This document shows positions 24,531 to 36,881 of a DNA stretch of 64,000 nucleotides, piece after piece. The position numbers and the translations under genes were made by a program. Position 1 is the first letter of the stretch. Every line of letters starts with the position of its first letter. The notes beneath the pieces were generated by a model that did no database searches, was not told the DNA's origin, and saw only the letters and a list, made by a program, of their open reading frames with translations. Source of the DNA: Dudresnaya verticillata (lineage: Eukaryota); the NCBI GenBank assembly GCA_977862235.1, contig OZ374558.1:3162001-3226000 (forward strand). Direction: 5' to 3'.

Positions 24531-27500
24531 GAAAGCCTGCAAAGGATCGCGTCGTGAAGATGCAACTCACCGTTCCGGAAGAAAGTTTTGCTCTGTACGG
24601 CTTTTCTTTAAGCGACGCTTGTTCGTGTCATCATGTTCCAAACTAGGAAACGGAAAATGTGACAAATCAACACATCGCTCGGGAGAAAACTGCTGCGACC
24701 AAACGTCGCCTTCCGGGTAGTTACCTTCCCAATTTCCAACGAGGCAAAGGCTGGCATGATACCAACGTCGCCCTAAGCTAAGGCGCAATTCGTCCAAGGG
24801 ATTGTGGAGGAACCGAACAAGCGTCACCTTTCGATTGCCGTCCTGTTGCTCAACACGAACATGAAACAGTGTGTAGTTCGTTGGTAACATTACACATGTG
24901 ACTCAAGAAGCTTCCATTTCGGGACACCGTGAGGCGTCTGCAGCTGGCTGCTGGGGATCAGAACTATCCGCGTTCTCATACGGGATGAGATTTTCGTGCT
25001 TGCGTTCAACAATCCCCAAGTTCTTTCGCATTCTGTCATTCCCCACCTACGGGAATGCAATATCGCCGAGAACGGGGTGATGATAAAATTTACTCAACAA
25101 AGTTCCGAGCGGACTTGCCTCGGCGTCAACGGGATGAGATGAGATCAATGAGATATATCGAAAGAGATAACTCACCCCGAGAACGGAATCCCGTGGTGAG
25201 GTATCTCTTTCGATATATCTCGATAGCGCTGATTCGTCTCCGGGTCAGCATGCTCAAGCGCCTCCGGTTCAGTGTTCTCAGGACAGTTCGACAAGATGTT
25301 CGATAACTGACATGATGATCTATTACTCTCAGAACATGTCCCCCTGCACTTTTTTTTGAGAGAATCACATACCTTCGTTGCGGTATAGTTCAGGCAAATG
25401 GGTTATTTGAGGTCTTCCGAGGAGGCTGAGATTAACTCTTAATCTGACAATCCAATCTTGTATGGCTTGCTAGTAAGCATCCCGATAACCCCGAAAGTAT
25501 CGGGAAATCCGCAACTGCTGCTACAAGAATGACTGCGACACACTGAGAAAACACTATCTGGGCGACACCCTGCCGCTGAGTACAACGTGCATCGATTTCC
25601 ACCATCCCTGTATCTGACGGATGACATAGATAGGAAACCAGCAATCCGATGGTACCTCGAGAGTCGCCATCTCTGTGATGTGGATGGGGAACGTCCCAGT
25701 GAGGCAATTGCCCATTTGACCGCGCGGAAGTTCCAAGCGCTGCCACATCTTTCCGGGCCCTTTAAGTCCCAGAACCGTTAGCGTAACCTTTCCGTACCGG
25801 TGCGCTTGCGACAATGGGTCATCGTCGCGCTAACAGCGCGCGCAAGACCACCTTAGACAACAATTAAAGTCAAACGTCGCAATTGAGAAGTTATGGACAA
25901 GAAGAGTTTTGGAATACACACGTGAGATGGATAGTATCAATTATCGATACAGGAGGCTCAAAACGCTGAGAAAACAGCTGCTTGAATGCTCTGACTATGA
26001 AAGAAATGGAATAAGGGATTAGCAGATTAGCAGCAGTAGCGGTAACTTGTAGAACAGGTTTTACTAGGATAGAACTGGGTATCTTGGATCAAGGCTTCTT
26101 GGGACTTTGTTACCTCATGCTTTGAAGTAGATGAAAAGCAATCCCTAAATATCACTGTTGGGTACGTTGAGTAAATGCGTCCTACAAAAAGATACCATTC
26201 TCTTCTTATCGAATAGCGTATGGTATGCAAGAAGTGGAGGTGGTATCCCTAATATCGAATTAGTATATCCTACACGGAACAGAGAGAGTGTGCAACACGA
26301 AGGAAGTCGATCAACGATAATTATACTGACAGATAAAGCCACAGAAGTAATGACTTCATTAAATTCTGACCGGGAAGACTCAACTGTGAGCACATTTTAA
26401 TGAGCTTAGCTCTATTCGTCTTTGACGTATCCATGCTCAGTCCACACTCACTTTCTGCTAGCTCCGGCAGAATTGAAGGACTGGTTGTTCTTTCTCGAGA
26501 ACTCCACAAGCAAACCTACTATCGGGCGATTTTCCATGCGTATAGTCTTGATCTGCATCGTTGAATATGGTTGTATATGGCCGTATTGGCACTGGATTCA
26601 ATACTGATGCTCAACTGCCTGCCAACTTTGTGGCGGAACGATAGAAGTCAAACTAATCCTGCGGGCAACAAGATACGTTTGATCTCAAATTTAGTATCCT
26701 ATGTTGCCGACTATGTCTCTGTAAACATTAAGTGCCACAGACTATTGTCTGGCCCTTCTACAGCTCCACTCTTAGGGACGCAGTAGCATCTGCATTCCTT
26801 GTATAAATTGAGGCCTTCCCTGCTCCTCCTTTTCTTCCACAGACGTAGTATTCGCGCTTGTTTTGACTATAGTTGGCGTTTATGGACTCTTCGGGACACC
26901 GATTAAATGGACAGAGGCTATAATCTGACAGCTAGCACCAAGATACAATTATATTCCATCTATTTTCTATTGATCACCAAGACAAGAAAAAGAAAAAAGA
27001 GGTTGATCATGACGTTTCGTCAGCTAAGCATATAGCACCTTTGTTCTTGAACGATAACAGCAAAGTTATACTTTCCACAGTCAGCTGTTTCGGCGAAAAC
27101 AACAAACGGCGCCGCTACGATCTTGAACAGAATGTTTCTCCCCTTGGAAGGTGAAGGAATAAATCTTGCCTTCATAACGATACGTTTCAAAGTTCTAAAG
27201 GATCCTAACTCAGTATCCTGAGTCATGAGGGTATTCAGTCATGATTCATCAGTGTATTGAGTTAGGGTATTTTATGAGTCCTGAGACCTTGTTTAAACGG
27301 TAATGTTGGATAGAGCCTTACGTTTATTTTGCGGCAAAAGGTGTTCCATTAGGCTCCACGATTTAGCATTCCCGTGGAGACCTGCAGCCGGAAGCGATGG
27401 CTTCCTAGTACACCACAGAAGAAATCGAAAAAGCTGTAAGTAGATAATGGGTTTGCAAGTGTGAAGTTATCAGCCGTTGGTATACAATATCTTCACTATT

Positions 27501-27683
27501 TGTAGATACCTACAATAACTACAGAAGTAGGATCTTAAGTAGGGAGCATCACAGCACCACACCAAGCAAAGCCACACTGAAGCGACAATAGCTTAGTGGC
27601 TTCTTTTTGCTTGGTCCGCCATGGAGGTCGTGGGATCGAGTCCCGCGGGTGTCTGCACGTGCGAAGCTGGAGAGTAGTCTACA
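27501..27683 (+). mobile_element. ~183-bp LTR-like repeat with tRNA-type A/B boxes, copy 2
   Basis: TGTAGA...TCTACA inverted termini. A-box-like TAGCTTAGTGG at 27589-27599 and B-box-like GGATCGAGTCC at 27633-27643. Confidence 0.65.
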
Positions 27684-28705
27684 CTGCCACACAGGTAGAA
27701 TAGACCACGCTGCCTTCCTTGCATTGATATGCTTCCATTTCGCGGCTAATTTCTCTCTACATTGTATTATTTCTTGAATAAAGGTCTCTCTCTCTCTCTA
27801 AATTGTACGGCAGCTCTCGAGTCTAAGAAAAAAACTCCTATAATTCTTCCTGCATGATTATAATTTTATTTAACAAGTCAGGCAAAGAGTACCAGCATCA
27901 CCACCATCATCACAGCTTTATTGAAGAAATGGTGAGTAAGACTAGAAATCATTTCCTTGCAAATTCCTACAAAAGACCTCAACGCTGGATGTTTGTTTAA
28001 TCAATGCCATGTCCAGATGAGTTTTTTTTATTATCTGTAGGCTTCTTGCGAAGCACAAACCCTACAGAAACATCACCAAATGAAAATAGTTTCCTTTTCC
28101 ATCAAACCAAATGTGGAGAGCATTCCTCGTAAAAGATATGCAAAATGCAATAAAAATGCTGCAGAACCTAAAAGAGACGATAAAGGAGACTTCATAGCTA
28201 ACGAAAGTAGAACTGACTAAAAAGCAGAGTAGACCATTTTTCGGAGAGTGAAATTAACTGAACACCTTGAAGAACCAAGGAAGTGACGTAGTTAATATGG
28301 AGAGCTCCTCGGATTCCGAAGGGATACAGTTCGTGGTGCTAATGAAACAAGTGACGCGTTTATGAACAACAAATTATAGATCAGCTTCTCGCGCTGTTTG
28401 AACCGATCTGAAAAGGATCTGCGAGATGCATCAATGGGCAGTTCTGTCTACGCGAGACAAAGTATATGTTTAGTTAGAAAGGATCTAGCGGCCCTAGGCG
28501 AGCCGGAAGCTAAATATTGCCCGCAGCTTGTGCGACTTGCAGCTTTCAGCACGATCAAAACGGGTATCCAACTCTTCAATTTATCTTTCCTATCAACGCG
28601 TAAGATGTTCTGACATATATTGCCCAGGGCCGACTGAGATCCTTTTAGGATTCGAAGATCCGTGACAAAGCAGAGATATAGACGCATTCAGCTTTCTTCT
28701 ACTGC

Positions 28706-28838
28706 TCAAGAGAGAGAGAGCTTATTTCCGCCGGAATTCCCAGCAGTGCAGCATTTATTCATATCCCTAACAACTTCAAACTTCTGGCGAGTGCTGGAGT
28801 TGCAGATCTTTACTGCTTCAATCTCAACCACATTGCAA
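28706..28838 (-). pseudogene. 3' remnant of a paralog of the 19852-20157 gene
   Basis: Translates as CNVVEIEAVKICNSSTRQKFEVVRDMNKCCTAGNSGGNKLSLS*. Nucleotide similarity to 19800-19925 includes the AG repeat. No 5' half seen. Confidence 0.7.
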
Positions 28839-29921
28839 CGAGCGAGAGGTTGGCTTTACTCAGGAATACTACAGGAGGAAGCCGCATAAAGGAGCCTAAG
28901 GGCAGTCACTATAAATAGTGAAGGGCGGTCTGCGTCGATTGACCCTTAGAGCTACACGTTGGAGAACAACAGACACATACGAGTAGGCTTTTCGGCAGCA
29001 GAGGGAGGTATCTTTCTTTATGGCTCTGAAAGAAGCACTGTGCGGGACTCCACGTTTGAAGCCCGGCCAATACGCACTTGGATATCCATGACCAGACGGT
29101 GATGTCCCATCTCAAGACTTTTCAAACCCTACGATAGTGTGACTTCCTTTGACGTTTGCGAGAACGGATAGCTTGACCAGAAAACATCCCCCGGACTGAT
29201 TACGGAAAAAGCTGAAGCCTTTCAGATAATGTGCGAAGCTTCTATCATCAGCAACTATGCACATGCGACGATGGCTCCGCGTATCTACGAGCCGTTTCTT
29301 GGACAAGTCGGAGAGACATATGTAATCCCATGAACGAACAAGTTGACGCAAGTCTCTTTTTGCCCCTTCCAGTCGCTGTCGTTTTTTACCCTGCTACGCT
29401 ATATTTTTGCCTATGAAGAACCATGCTTCCTCTCATTCTGCACTAATATCATTGCACTCTTGCAGTCAATCGCAAAAGACAAGTCGGTCTCGAAACGGTA
29501 GAGGGGGGTAGGTAATTGCAACTGTCGGGAAAGATGGTTGCAATGCCAGGCTGAAGTATCATTTGCCTCTATCAGAAGGGCATATGGACTGGCACTATAG
29601 CATAAAATGCATGGTTGGTTGTGTTGAAAAGAAGCGAGGCTAGGTGCTTGATCGGGGAACGTGGTGCTACCAATGTAGACCGTGAGTGCAGGACTAGCTG
29701 GCACTGCTGTTACTGCTAGTAGGATGTGCGGCGATAAGTTGCTCGACGGATTGATGCGTACCAAGCACAGGCGAAGACGTGTGCTGAGAAGGACATCACG
29801 GAAAGTTGGCAGGCGACCGGCACAGACTGAAAACAACGCAGGATGCTACTTTACTCGAGACGGTGGATCAAAGCTCATGTCCAAAGTCTTACGCTTTCTA
29901 AAGCCAACCCGTCAGTATACT

Positions 29922-30305
29922 CTAACCAAGATCAACCTCATTCTTCCCCGCGCATATCGCGACCTGGTTCTGAATACAGCCCTCCTTCCGCGCATCGCGG
30001 AGGCACTTGCAGCGCCCGAGCAGGATCTTGAGGCACTTTTTGGTGCGCACGGACACCTCGACCGCAACCTTCTTGTCCAGGCAGCGCAGCGTCACCGACC
30101 CCTTGGCAGACGCCGGCGGCACGGAGATGTCGAACCGCACCACGCGCTCCTGCTTCTTCTTCCCGCACCCGGACTTGGCCGTCGAGAACGACGCGCGCAC
30201 GCGGACGCACCCCGCGCGCTGCCGCGACGTCGCAGCCGCCGGCAGCGACAGCCCCAGACCGACGGACAGCAGCGCGAGCGCGACGAAGACTTGCAGCGGA
30301 GACAT
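29922..30305 (-). CDS. Small secreted basic cysteine-rich protein, 127 aa (diverged, GC-rich member of the 119-aa family)
   Basis: Signal peptide and the same 8-Cys frame: CV.V..GC..ISVPP..VT..C..KC.K..L.RC.C..DA.K..CI..CA. TATA (TATATAAAA on - strand) at ~30367-30375. Confidence 0.88.
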   Translation of the reverse strand: MSPLQVFVALALLSVGLGLSLPAAATSRQRAGCVRVRASFSTAKSGCGKKKQERVVRFDISVPPASAKGSVTLRCLDKKVAVEVSVRTKKCLKILLGRCKCLRDARKEGCIQNQVAICAGKNEVDLG

Positions 30306-33300
30306 GGTGCGACGGTGCGGGTGCGGGCGCGGGTGCGCGCGGGCGTGGCGAGCGGCGACCGCGGCGTTTTATATAGCGCGGCGCGTGGGTGGGCGCGCAC
30401 GGCGGGCTCCGGGTCCGGCTGCGGGCCCCACGTGGTGCCGTGCCTGTCGGCCGCGGCCGAAGACGCCGCGCGACAGAATGCCCCGCATTTTGCGCCGCCG
30501 TGACATGTCGCGTGTCGTGCTCCGCCGCGCGCTATCGCGTCGCTGCAGTCGGCTGCCACGTCGCGCGTCAGTGGGAAGGCTGAGAGAAGCGGGCGCACCT
30601 CAAGACTGGATGGATGCAGCCATCGGCTCGGAATAGCACGGAACACGGGTAATGGCGCTGCCTGCCGGTGCGGCGCTGGGTGTCTTTTTCGCTGTGGGCG
30701 TGCGTGCCGCCGTTGCCGCTCAGGTAGAACGAGTTCCTAGCCGCGGCGGCGGCTGCGCTGCGATGCTTGCTTCGAAACGCAGTGGCGTTGCGTGTTCGGA
30801 AGAGGTCGTGCGACGGGGTGGCAGACCGGGCGGGCTGAACTGGTGGGTGTTGTGGGGAACGGCGCGATTGCTGCCGGAAAGAGATAGGTTGTGCGTCTAC
30901 GCGGAAGTCTTGCTTCGTGCCAGTCGCGGCGGGACGGCCTTCGCCTGGGCTGTGCGGGTAGCGCAGATAGAGTGCTGCGCGGCATTGCAGCGGGTTTGGC
31001 AATATGGACGATGCCCACCCACGAGGAACAGGTAGAGCTATCTGCAAAGACAGGGTGCGATACTCGCACCGTCAGGGAAAGTGCCCTGCTGGGTGCTCTC
31101 AAGCGTGCAAACAGCGGATCGCGATACCCAGAAATGGGTCCGCGTTTGTCGCTTGTTGCGACGCGTTGTGGGTGTCGCTCTGGGTGTCCACACTGGGTGC
31201 GTTCTGGAGTCGAGCGTATTAGCGCACCCCCAAACGCGTGGCGGTCATTGTAAGGCCTTCTCGGCCCTGCCTTTCGGGTGAGCCCGGGATGGAGCACCAC
31301 GTACCGTCGCTGCTCCGCTTGAGACGTGTAAGAACATCGGAGCGGACAGGTGTGCACGCAACCTTTGTATTGCAGCGACAAACGCGACAGCGAACTTCGA
31401 TACCGTATCAACACGAGCAATGTTGAAAGGCTACGATTTCTCATCTCCGAAACGCTCCTCACTCTCGAGTCGCCGTCGGCGCTGCGACGTGTGTGATGGC
31501 ACGCGGGCAAGGCCTCGATGTGCGCGGGCGGTCGAACGGTCGGGGCAGACAAGAACGAACAGTGTCTGCCTTCGCGCGACAGCCCGGCCTTTCCAGCGCG
31601 GCGCGGTGTCTACGTGACAGCACAGGTGACAAAGTGCCTGCCACGCAGAGCGTCCTTCGTGTAAAAGTCGACGGCGCAAACCGGAGCAGAAATGAGTGCG
31701 CTGCGCTCGCTCGCTTCGGATCGGAACAAAGGGGAGGGGCACGTGCCCTCGATTTTGTTGCACACTCTTTGCTCACCTCAATACATGCCATGCAGCTGCC
31801 AGTTTCAAGCCAAGCCGTGATGGATGCTCCACAATGAAGACCTAGAAAGGTGGCGGAGTGTGACTGCCAGGATACCGCGACGCGACGCGATCACCCCCAA
31901 TGTTGCAGTGTCTGTCACCCAGCGCGCTCGCGGAGAAGCCAGTGCTCTATGCAAATCCTGTGAAGCATGCTCTGTACAACTCTTCATCGTCATTCTTGCT
32001 CGTAGGCGCTCCTTCACGAGGTGCCTTTCGCTGGAGGCCAACTAGATACTGTAGATGCAGTAGACAGCTTAGTCTATCCCTGTCCTTTCCACAACGTCCT
32101 TGTCCACCACGCTCTTTGTGGACTGGCACTGATTCCGAGGTGCTTGCATGGTCTTCGTATTAGCTTCCGCTTGTGGAAGGAGATTGAAAACGCAGCTGCT
32201 GATGCGCTTTGGGATCACGACTTGCATGGTCTTCGTCTCGCTACAAGGCAGCGACCGTATAGCGTTCCAGTACTTTGGCTTTTTCACTGGGAGATTCCTG
32301 GTCCCGGCGCTGGACAGATTGCATGTGCACGCACCACCCTTGCTTCCACACTGCGCGTCGGCCATCTTCAATCATGCGCTATCCTTTGCAAGAAAGTAGA
32401 GCAACTTTTCGTCGCTTGCTGTCTTTTTCAGAATCCTGCAATGTTGCATCCCAACGGCATCCTGGTGTTCGCCAACTGCCCGACCTGCTCTCAAGCTTTT
32501 TGACACCACGGCCGAATGGGGTACACGCATTTGATAAAAGAACACAGCGTTGGACGCATTGTGTGTGTCAGTGTGAGACGTGTGCCAACCACTCATCGCA
32601 GAAAACAACTCCTTCTCGAGCACCTATCTCCTCCGAGAGGTATATAATTTTCTAACTGCATCACACTGGACCGGTGCGAACTATTAAGAGCCAAAGGCTG
32701 AGACTGACTGCCATAAACAGTGCCTTCCAGAGCTTCTATCTTTTCTCACGGCAGGTTTTTCCTTTTAGCCGTCCATGTTCAGCAAATCGCCGACGATGAA
32801 TTGCTAGAGTTTCCTTTCCCGCTGTCATGCATTCTGCGGTTTGCTTCGTAGCATTTCCCAACCACAACATTTCGACCCGCCAAAGACCCCATGATCATCA
32901 TGCAAGGAAACTCTAGCAATGATCGATATAATCAGTAACTTGATTCAGAACAAGTGTAACACAAGTCGCAACCGCAGCATTTCAATCCGTTAACGACATG
33001 CAAAGTTACACAATAGACCCAGCATTGTAATACTCACCCATCAACCACGCTTCAATGTTCGATCCAACTACCATTCCGAATTCTATGTGCGCTTACCTCT
33101 CTCTCTCTGAAAAAGCTGACCGTGCCTCGTAGGATGCACTTTGTAAAGGAATCAGCTGCTTTGTTTCCAGATTATCGGAACATGCACCGGCGACAAATCG
33201 CAAAACAGCTCCTCCGCGCCCTGTAACGGAAGATATTGCCAGTTAATCGTCAGAGCTTTTCCCTTTGAAGCCAAAGATCGGAGATAGGACATCTTCTTTC

Positions 33301-33407
33301 CCGTTTCGAACAACTACTTATACCGTCTATTCAGTGCTTTCAAGCCCTCATCACTCCATTGCCCAATTTCGCTCAACGTCGGCCCTCAGTCCCAAACCAA
33401 ACCTGCA

Positions 33408-34394
33408 ATGATCTTCCGAAAGGCCTCCGTTCTAGCCGCTCTGGCCATCTTCCTGGGTGTTGCAAAGGCCCAGGTTGCCGCTGACGCCTTCTTCGACGAG
33501 GACGTCCCAGCAGTCGCAGTACATCAAAAATCTAACAGCTGCGGCAAGTTCTGCGCCTTCCGCTTCTGCAAGGCCGATGGATCTCGCACGGTCTTCGATA
33601 ACGTTGGCCCGCGTAACGTCATCCGCGATGGAAATGTCGCCACCAATCCATTCGTCTGTGCCCGAAAGTTCGGCAAGAAGACAAGGCAGATCAACGTCAA
33701 GTCGACTGGCGAGGCAATGGTACATCCAGTCGACGGTCCCGCCGACTTTGTCCGCATTTCCAAGTTCAGGAAGGGCCAGGTCAAGCCCAAGTTCTCGAAG
33801 AAGTACTTCTCGCTACGAGAGATCACTGAGCGCCCGCCGCTCCCAGGAGAGTTTGGCGTCTCCCGCCTCTCCAGTAAGGGCAACCAGGAGGACTTTGTCG
33901 ATAAGCTCTGCGTCGTTCTACCCATCACGGGGTACGATGTCCTCAAGAAGAACGGAAAGGTCTCGAACAAGGTCCGGAAGTCGAAGGCCAGCGATGACTG
34001 TATCTCCTTCCAGACTACTGCACCGACGATTCTGGCCGAACTCACCTGGGATACCGCAGATGACATTGACCTGCGCATCATTGAACCAGATGGCAACGTC
34101 ATCGCCTACTTTGATCTCGAGTCCCCAACTTCGGGCGCTGTTCTCACCCTCGACCAAAACGTCGGCAGATGTGGAGAGGACGACACTGGTAGGGAGCAGG
34201 TTACATGGAAGAGGGACGATACTCCGCTCAAGGGCAGATACCAGGTCCAAGTACGTCACTTTGACAACTGTGGCGATGGGCCTACCAACTGGACTCTTGC
34301 AATTGTGATTAACGGGAAGCGCGTGCTTCTGAAGTCTGGAACTTCGAACAAAAACGACGATAAGGTTATCAAGAAGTTCTTCTTTGACTTCTAG
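33408..34394 (+). CDS. Secreted protein, 328 aa, with C-terminal YfaP/DUF2135-like domain
   Basis: Signal peptide, Cys-containing basic N-domain, then LTWDTADDIDLRIIEPDG...GREQVTW...KGRYQVQV, matching the W-D-x-x-x-D-x-D-L-x-x-x-x-P-D-G pattern of YfaP-like domains. Strong C/G-ending codon bias. Confidence 0.8.
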   Translation: MIFRKASVLAALAIFLGVAKAQVAADAFFDEDVPAVAVHQKSNSCGKFCAFRFCKADGSRTVFDNVGPRNVIRDGNVATNPFVCARKFGKKTRQINVKSTGEAMVHPVDGPADFVRISKFRKGQVKPKFSKKYFSLREITERPPLPGEFGVSRLSSKGNQEDFVDKLCVVLPITGYDVLKKNGKVSNKVRKSKASDDCISFQTTAPTILAELTWDTADDIDLRIIEPDGNVIAYFDLESPTSGAVLTLDQNVGRCGEDDTGREQVTWKRDDTPLKGRYQVQVRHFDNCGDGPTNWTLAIVINGKRVLLKSGTSNKNDDKVIKKFFFDF

Positions 34395-35599
34395 ACCTGC
34401 AGTACATGTCCTATTCGTATCTTAATCCCGTTAGTTGGTACAAGGGCGAATCTGTTATGTTGCATTCACTCGATCATTGATCTGTGGAGGCATCCATTAA
34501 AAGAGTATTCTAGACGAAAGTGTTGCAGAATTTCTTCTCATAAACTTCCTCTTCTTGTTCACTTAGCATGTCGTATCATTCAGCGAGTGGTACTAGTTGT
34601 CAATTGGCCCCGTCTGTTCTCGTCACCAGTACCTTGTCTGCCTTTGCGACTGTACAGGCTATCTATGTGATTTGCATAAAGATCCTCTCTCCTTTCTTAT
34701 GTAGTTGGCAAGTAGCTAAACACCAATTCCGAATCCAGCAGACATGGGAACGTACATACCGACAACTTGGCCGAGTGTAGGTATGACTTCTGATCAGGTG
34801 TTTAAAATTATGTGTGGCTCTTCGCTCACTCCCTGGAGTCCTGACCAGTGCACAAAACAGGAAGAACTTTCTTCAGAACTCGACTCACAAACGAAGGCTG
34901 GCAAGTACCCAATCGTCTTTCAGAGGTTGGGTTGCGCCGCAAGTGCCATGGGTATTTCAATTGTCGGCAACTTGTGCCGAGAAAATGCCTTCTGCGAGAA
35001 CCTTGGGTCAGTTGCTGTGTAACAGCAGCGATGCCAGTCTTGCATCGCGTTTCCTGAGCTGAACGCGAATGGTGACAGCAACAGCAGGGTCCAGTAGGAT
35101 TACTTGTTTCAGCCTGTTTTTCCAAGAGTTACTTCGTTTTGTCAAGCGTTCGCAAGGTTATGAGAAGCTGCAATCTCCGAAGTTCTGCTTCAGCGTGGGG
35201 TTATGCTTGCTTGCCTACATTCTGACGCGCCTCATTTCGAAACCAACACAGCCTGTCCAACTAGTGTGTCCAGAATGCCCTGTATCATGCCGGACGGGGT
35301 GGTGGGAGTTCGCTCCAGGGTCCTAGAAGCGCTAGGTCAATGGCATGTAAGGCATCCGAGACTTCTGACGACAGGTCGAGCGTTGCAGTCCCTCGATTAG
35401 TTCGGGGATAGCTGATTGTTACGCATTGATGCCGGTGCCGTGATGTACTTGGATGGCTAAAATATTCTTCGTTACTCTTCTGGATACAGCAGGGGTGCCG
35501 AAGGGGACGTGGTAGGTGGCAGCGGGGGCAACGGGGAGGGACATGGATATCGGCGAGTGGTGGCTCTCCCAGGGGTGGGAGAGCGGGAAATAAAGGCTT

Positions 35600-35927
35600 C
35601 GATAATCAACGTGAGAGCAGGAACCCATGGGTGTCTTCGCAATGTGTTTTCCAAGGAAGCGTGTAGCGTAGCAGCACCGGGGCGCATGTGCTTGCTGTCG
35701 ATGTGGATTCTTGTGAGATCGGCTGTTACTCACAGATACGTACGGGTACCAAGCGCGAGAGGTTCAACGAGGAGGTTCTGGCCCTGGTTAATTTGTCGCA
35801 ACGAAGCCGAGTAGATGGTCAGAAACTCGGTGGGAGGCTGGAGCAGTATCCCGACGAGAACTTAGACCTCCAGCCCGAGCTCTCAGGACCAGTGGTCCTC
35901 GCTGCACCTTGTCGGACCGCTCGTTAA
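35600..35927 (+). pseudogene. Possible decayed SAM-dependent methyltransferase fragment
   Basis: IINVRAGTHG resembles motif I. GAHVLAVDVDS, in a shifted frame, resembles post-I. Short and frameshifted. Confidence 0.3.
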
Positions 35928-36521
35928 TAAAATGTCTTCTTTTTGAGCCAAAATATGTTGTTCGAACGCTGAACGACTTCGTGATCGGCAACTTCTGCCT
36001 CCGCACAAATCCCCGACACTCGTCGTCGACGCCCCTATCGCTTTGAACTAACCAAACCTCTCTATGGTTTACAAAGGGGTTGTTTTCCTTTCTTGCATCT
36101 TGCATCTTGCACACTTCTATTCCGGAAATTCAACGGCAACAGCCGGGACAGCCGTCATAGCCGTTCTGTCCTGTCTGAGTCGTATTGCAACTGTCCACTC
36201 GGGAATCAAAAGGGGTTTCAATAACTTCTTGTTCACCTCCATTCTGGGCAGAGTGATTGGGTAAGATACCCCATCGAAAGAGGTATTTTGAACGCATCCA
36301 AATCCTTAACATTAGAAGTAAGAATATGGTACTAACAACGGAAACTAAGTGCAAGGTAGAGCAATTCGAGCATTTTCCAGACGTTGGCGCAATATTCTTG
36401 AACTCCCATCCTGTCTAAAACGTATGTTTAACATCACTAGCATATGAAAGCTACATCTTCCATATGAAAAGTCTTTCAATACTGGGTAAAGAGAACTGGT
36501 ACACTACTAGTATCAGTTAGA

Positions 36522-36881
36522 TTAGTGGAGATTCGTCTTGGTGGCCTGCGGAGCGCAGTCGTTGATGCGGTCGTTGATGCACTGCAGCTTCCACGCATCT
36601 TCGACACATCGGCACCTCTTCAAGAACGTCTTGATGCACTTCCCAATGCGCTTCTGCACACGACCTGCGCGCTTCGGCTTGAAGCACTTCATCGTCACAC
36701 GGATATTGGCCTCGACCGGCGGAACTGAGATGTACTCGTCGATGCTCTTGCGCACCTGACCCGGCTTGCAGCCAGCAGTGGACTCGGAGAAGTAAGGGGT
36801 GGTGGTGACCTTGACGCAGGTCTTGGCGGCGTTGGCGACGGCAAGGAGAGCAACGAGAGCGAAGATGTTGAAGAACTTCAT
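36522..36881 (-). CDS. 119-aa secreted basic cysteine-rich protein, copy 1 (D->A variant, STAGC)
   Basis: Signal MKFFNIFALVALLAVANA, 8 Cys, TATAAGTA at 36987-36994 (-). Confidence 0.92.
   Translation of the reverse strand: MKFFNIFALVALLAVANAAKTCVKVTTTPYFSESTAGCKPGQVRKSIDEYISVPPVEANIRVTMKCFKPKRAGRVQKRIGKCIKTFLKRCRCVEDAWKLQCINDRINDCAPQATKTNLH

Noticed and set aside
27582..27653. Functional tRNA gene
   Set aside because: No paired acceptor stem or clear anticodon arm, an internal T-run, and embedded in a dispersed repeat.
29682..31552. Long Arg/Ala-rich ORFs (273, 209, 184 and 271 aa)
   Set aside because: Overlapping shadow ORFs expected from stop-poor GC-rich DNA and antisense to the 127-aa gene; no motifs.
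33457..34308. 283-aa alternative-frame and 192-aa antisense ORFs
   Set aside because: By-products of strong codon bias in the real 328-aa gene.
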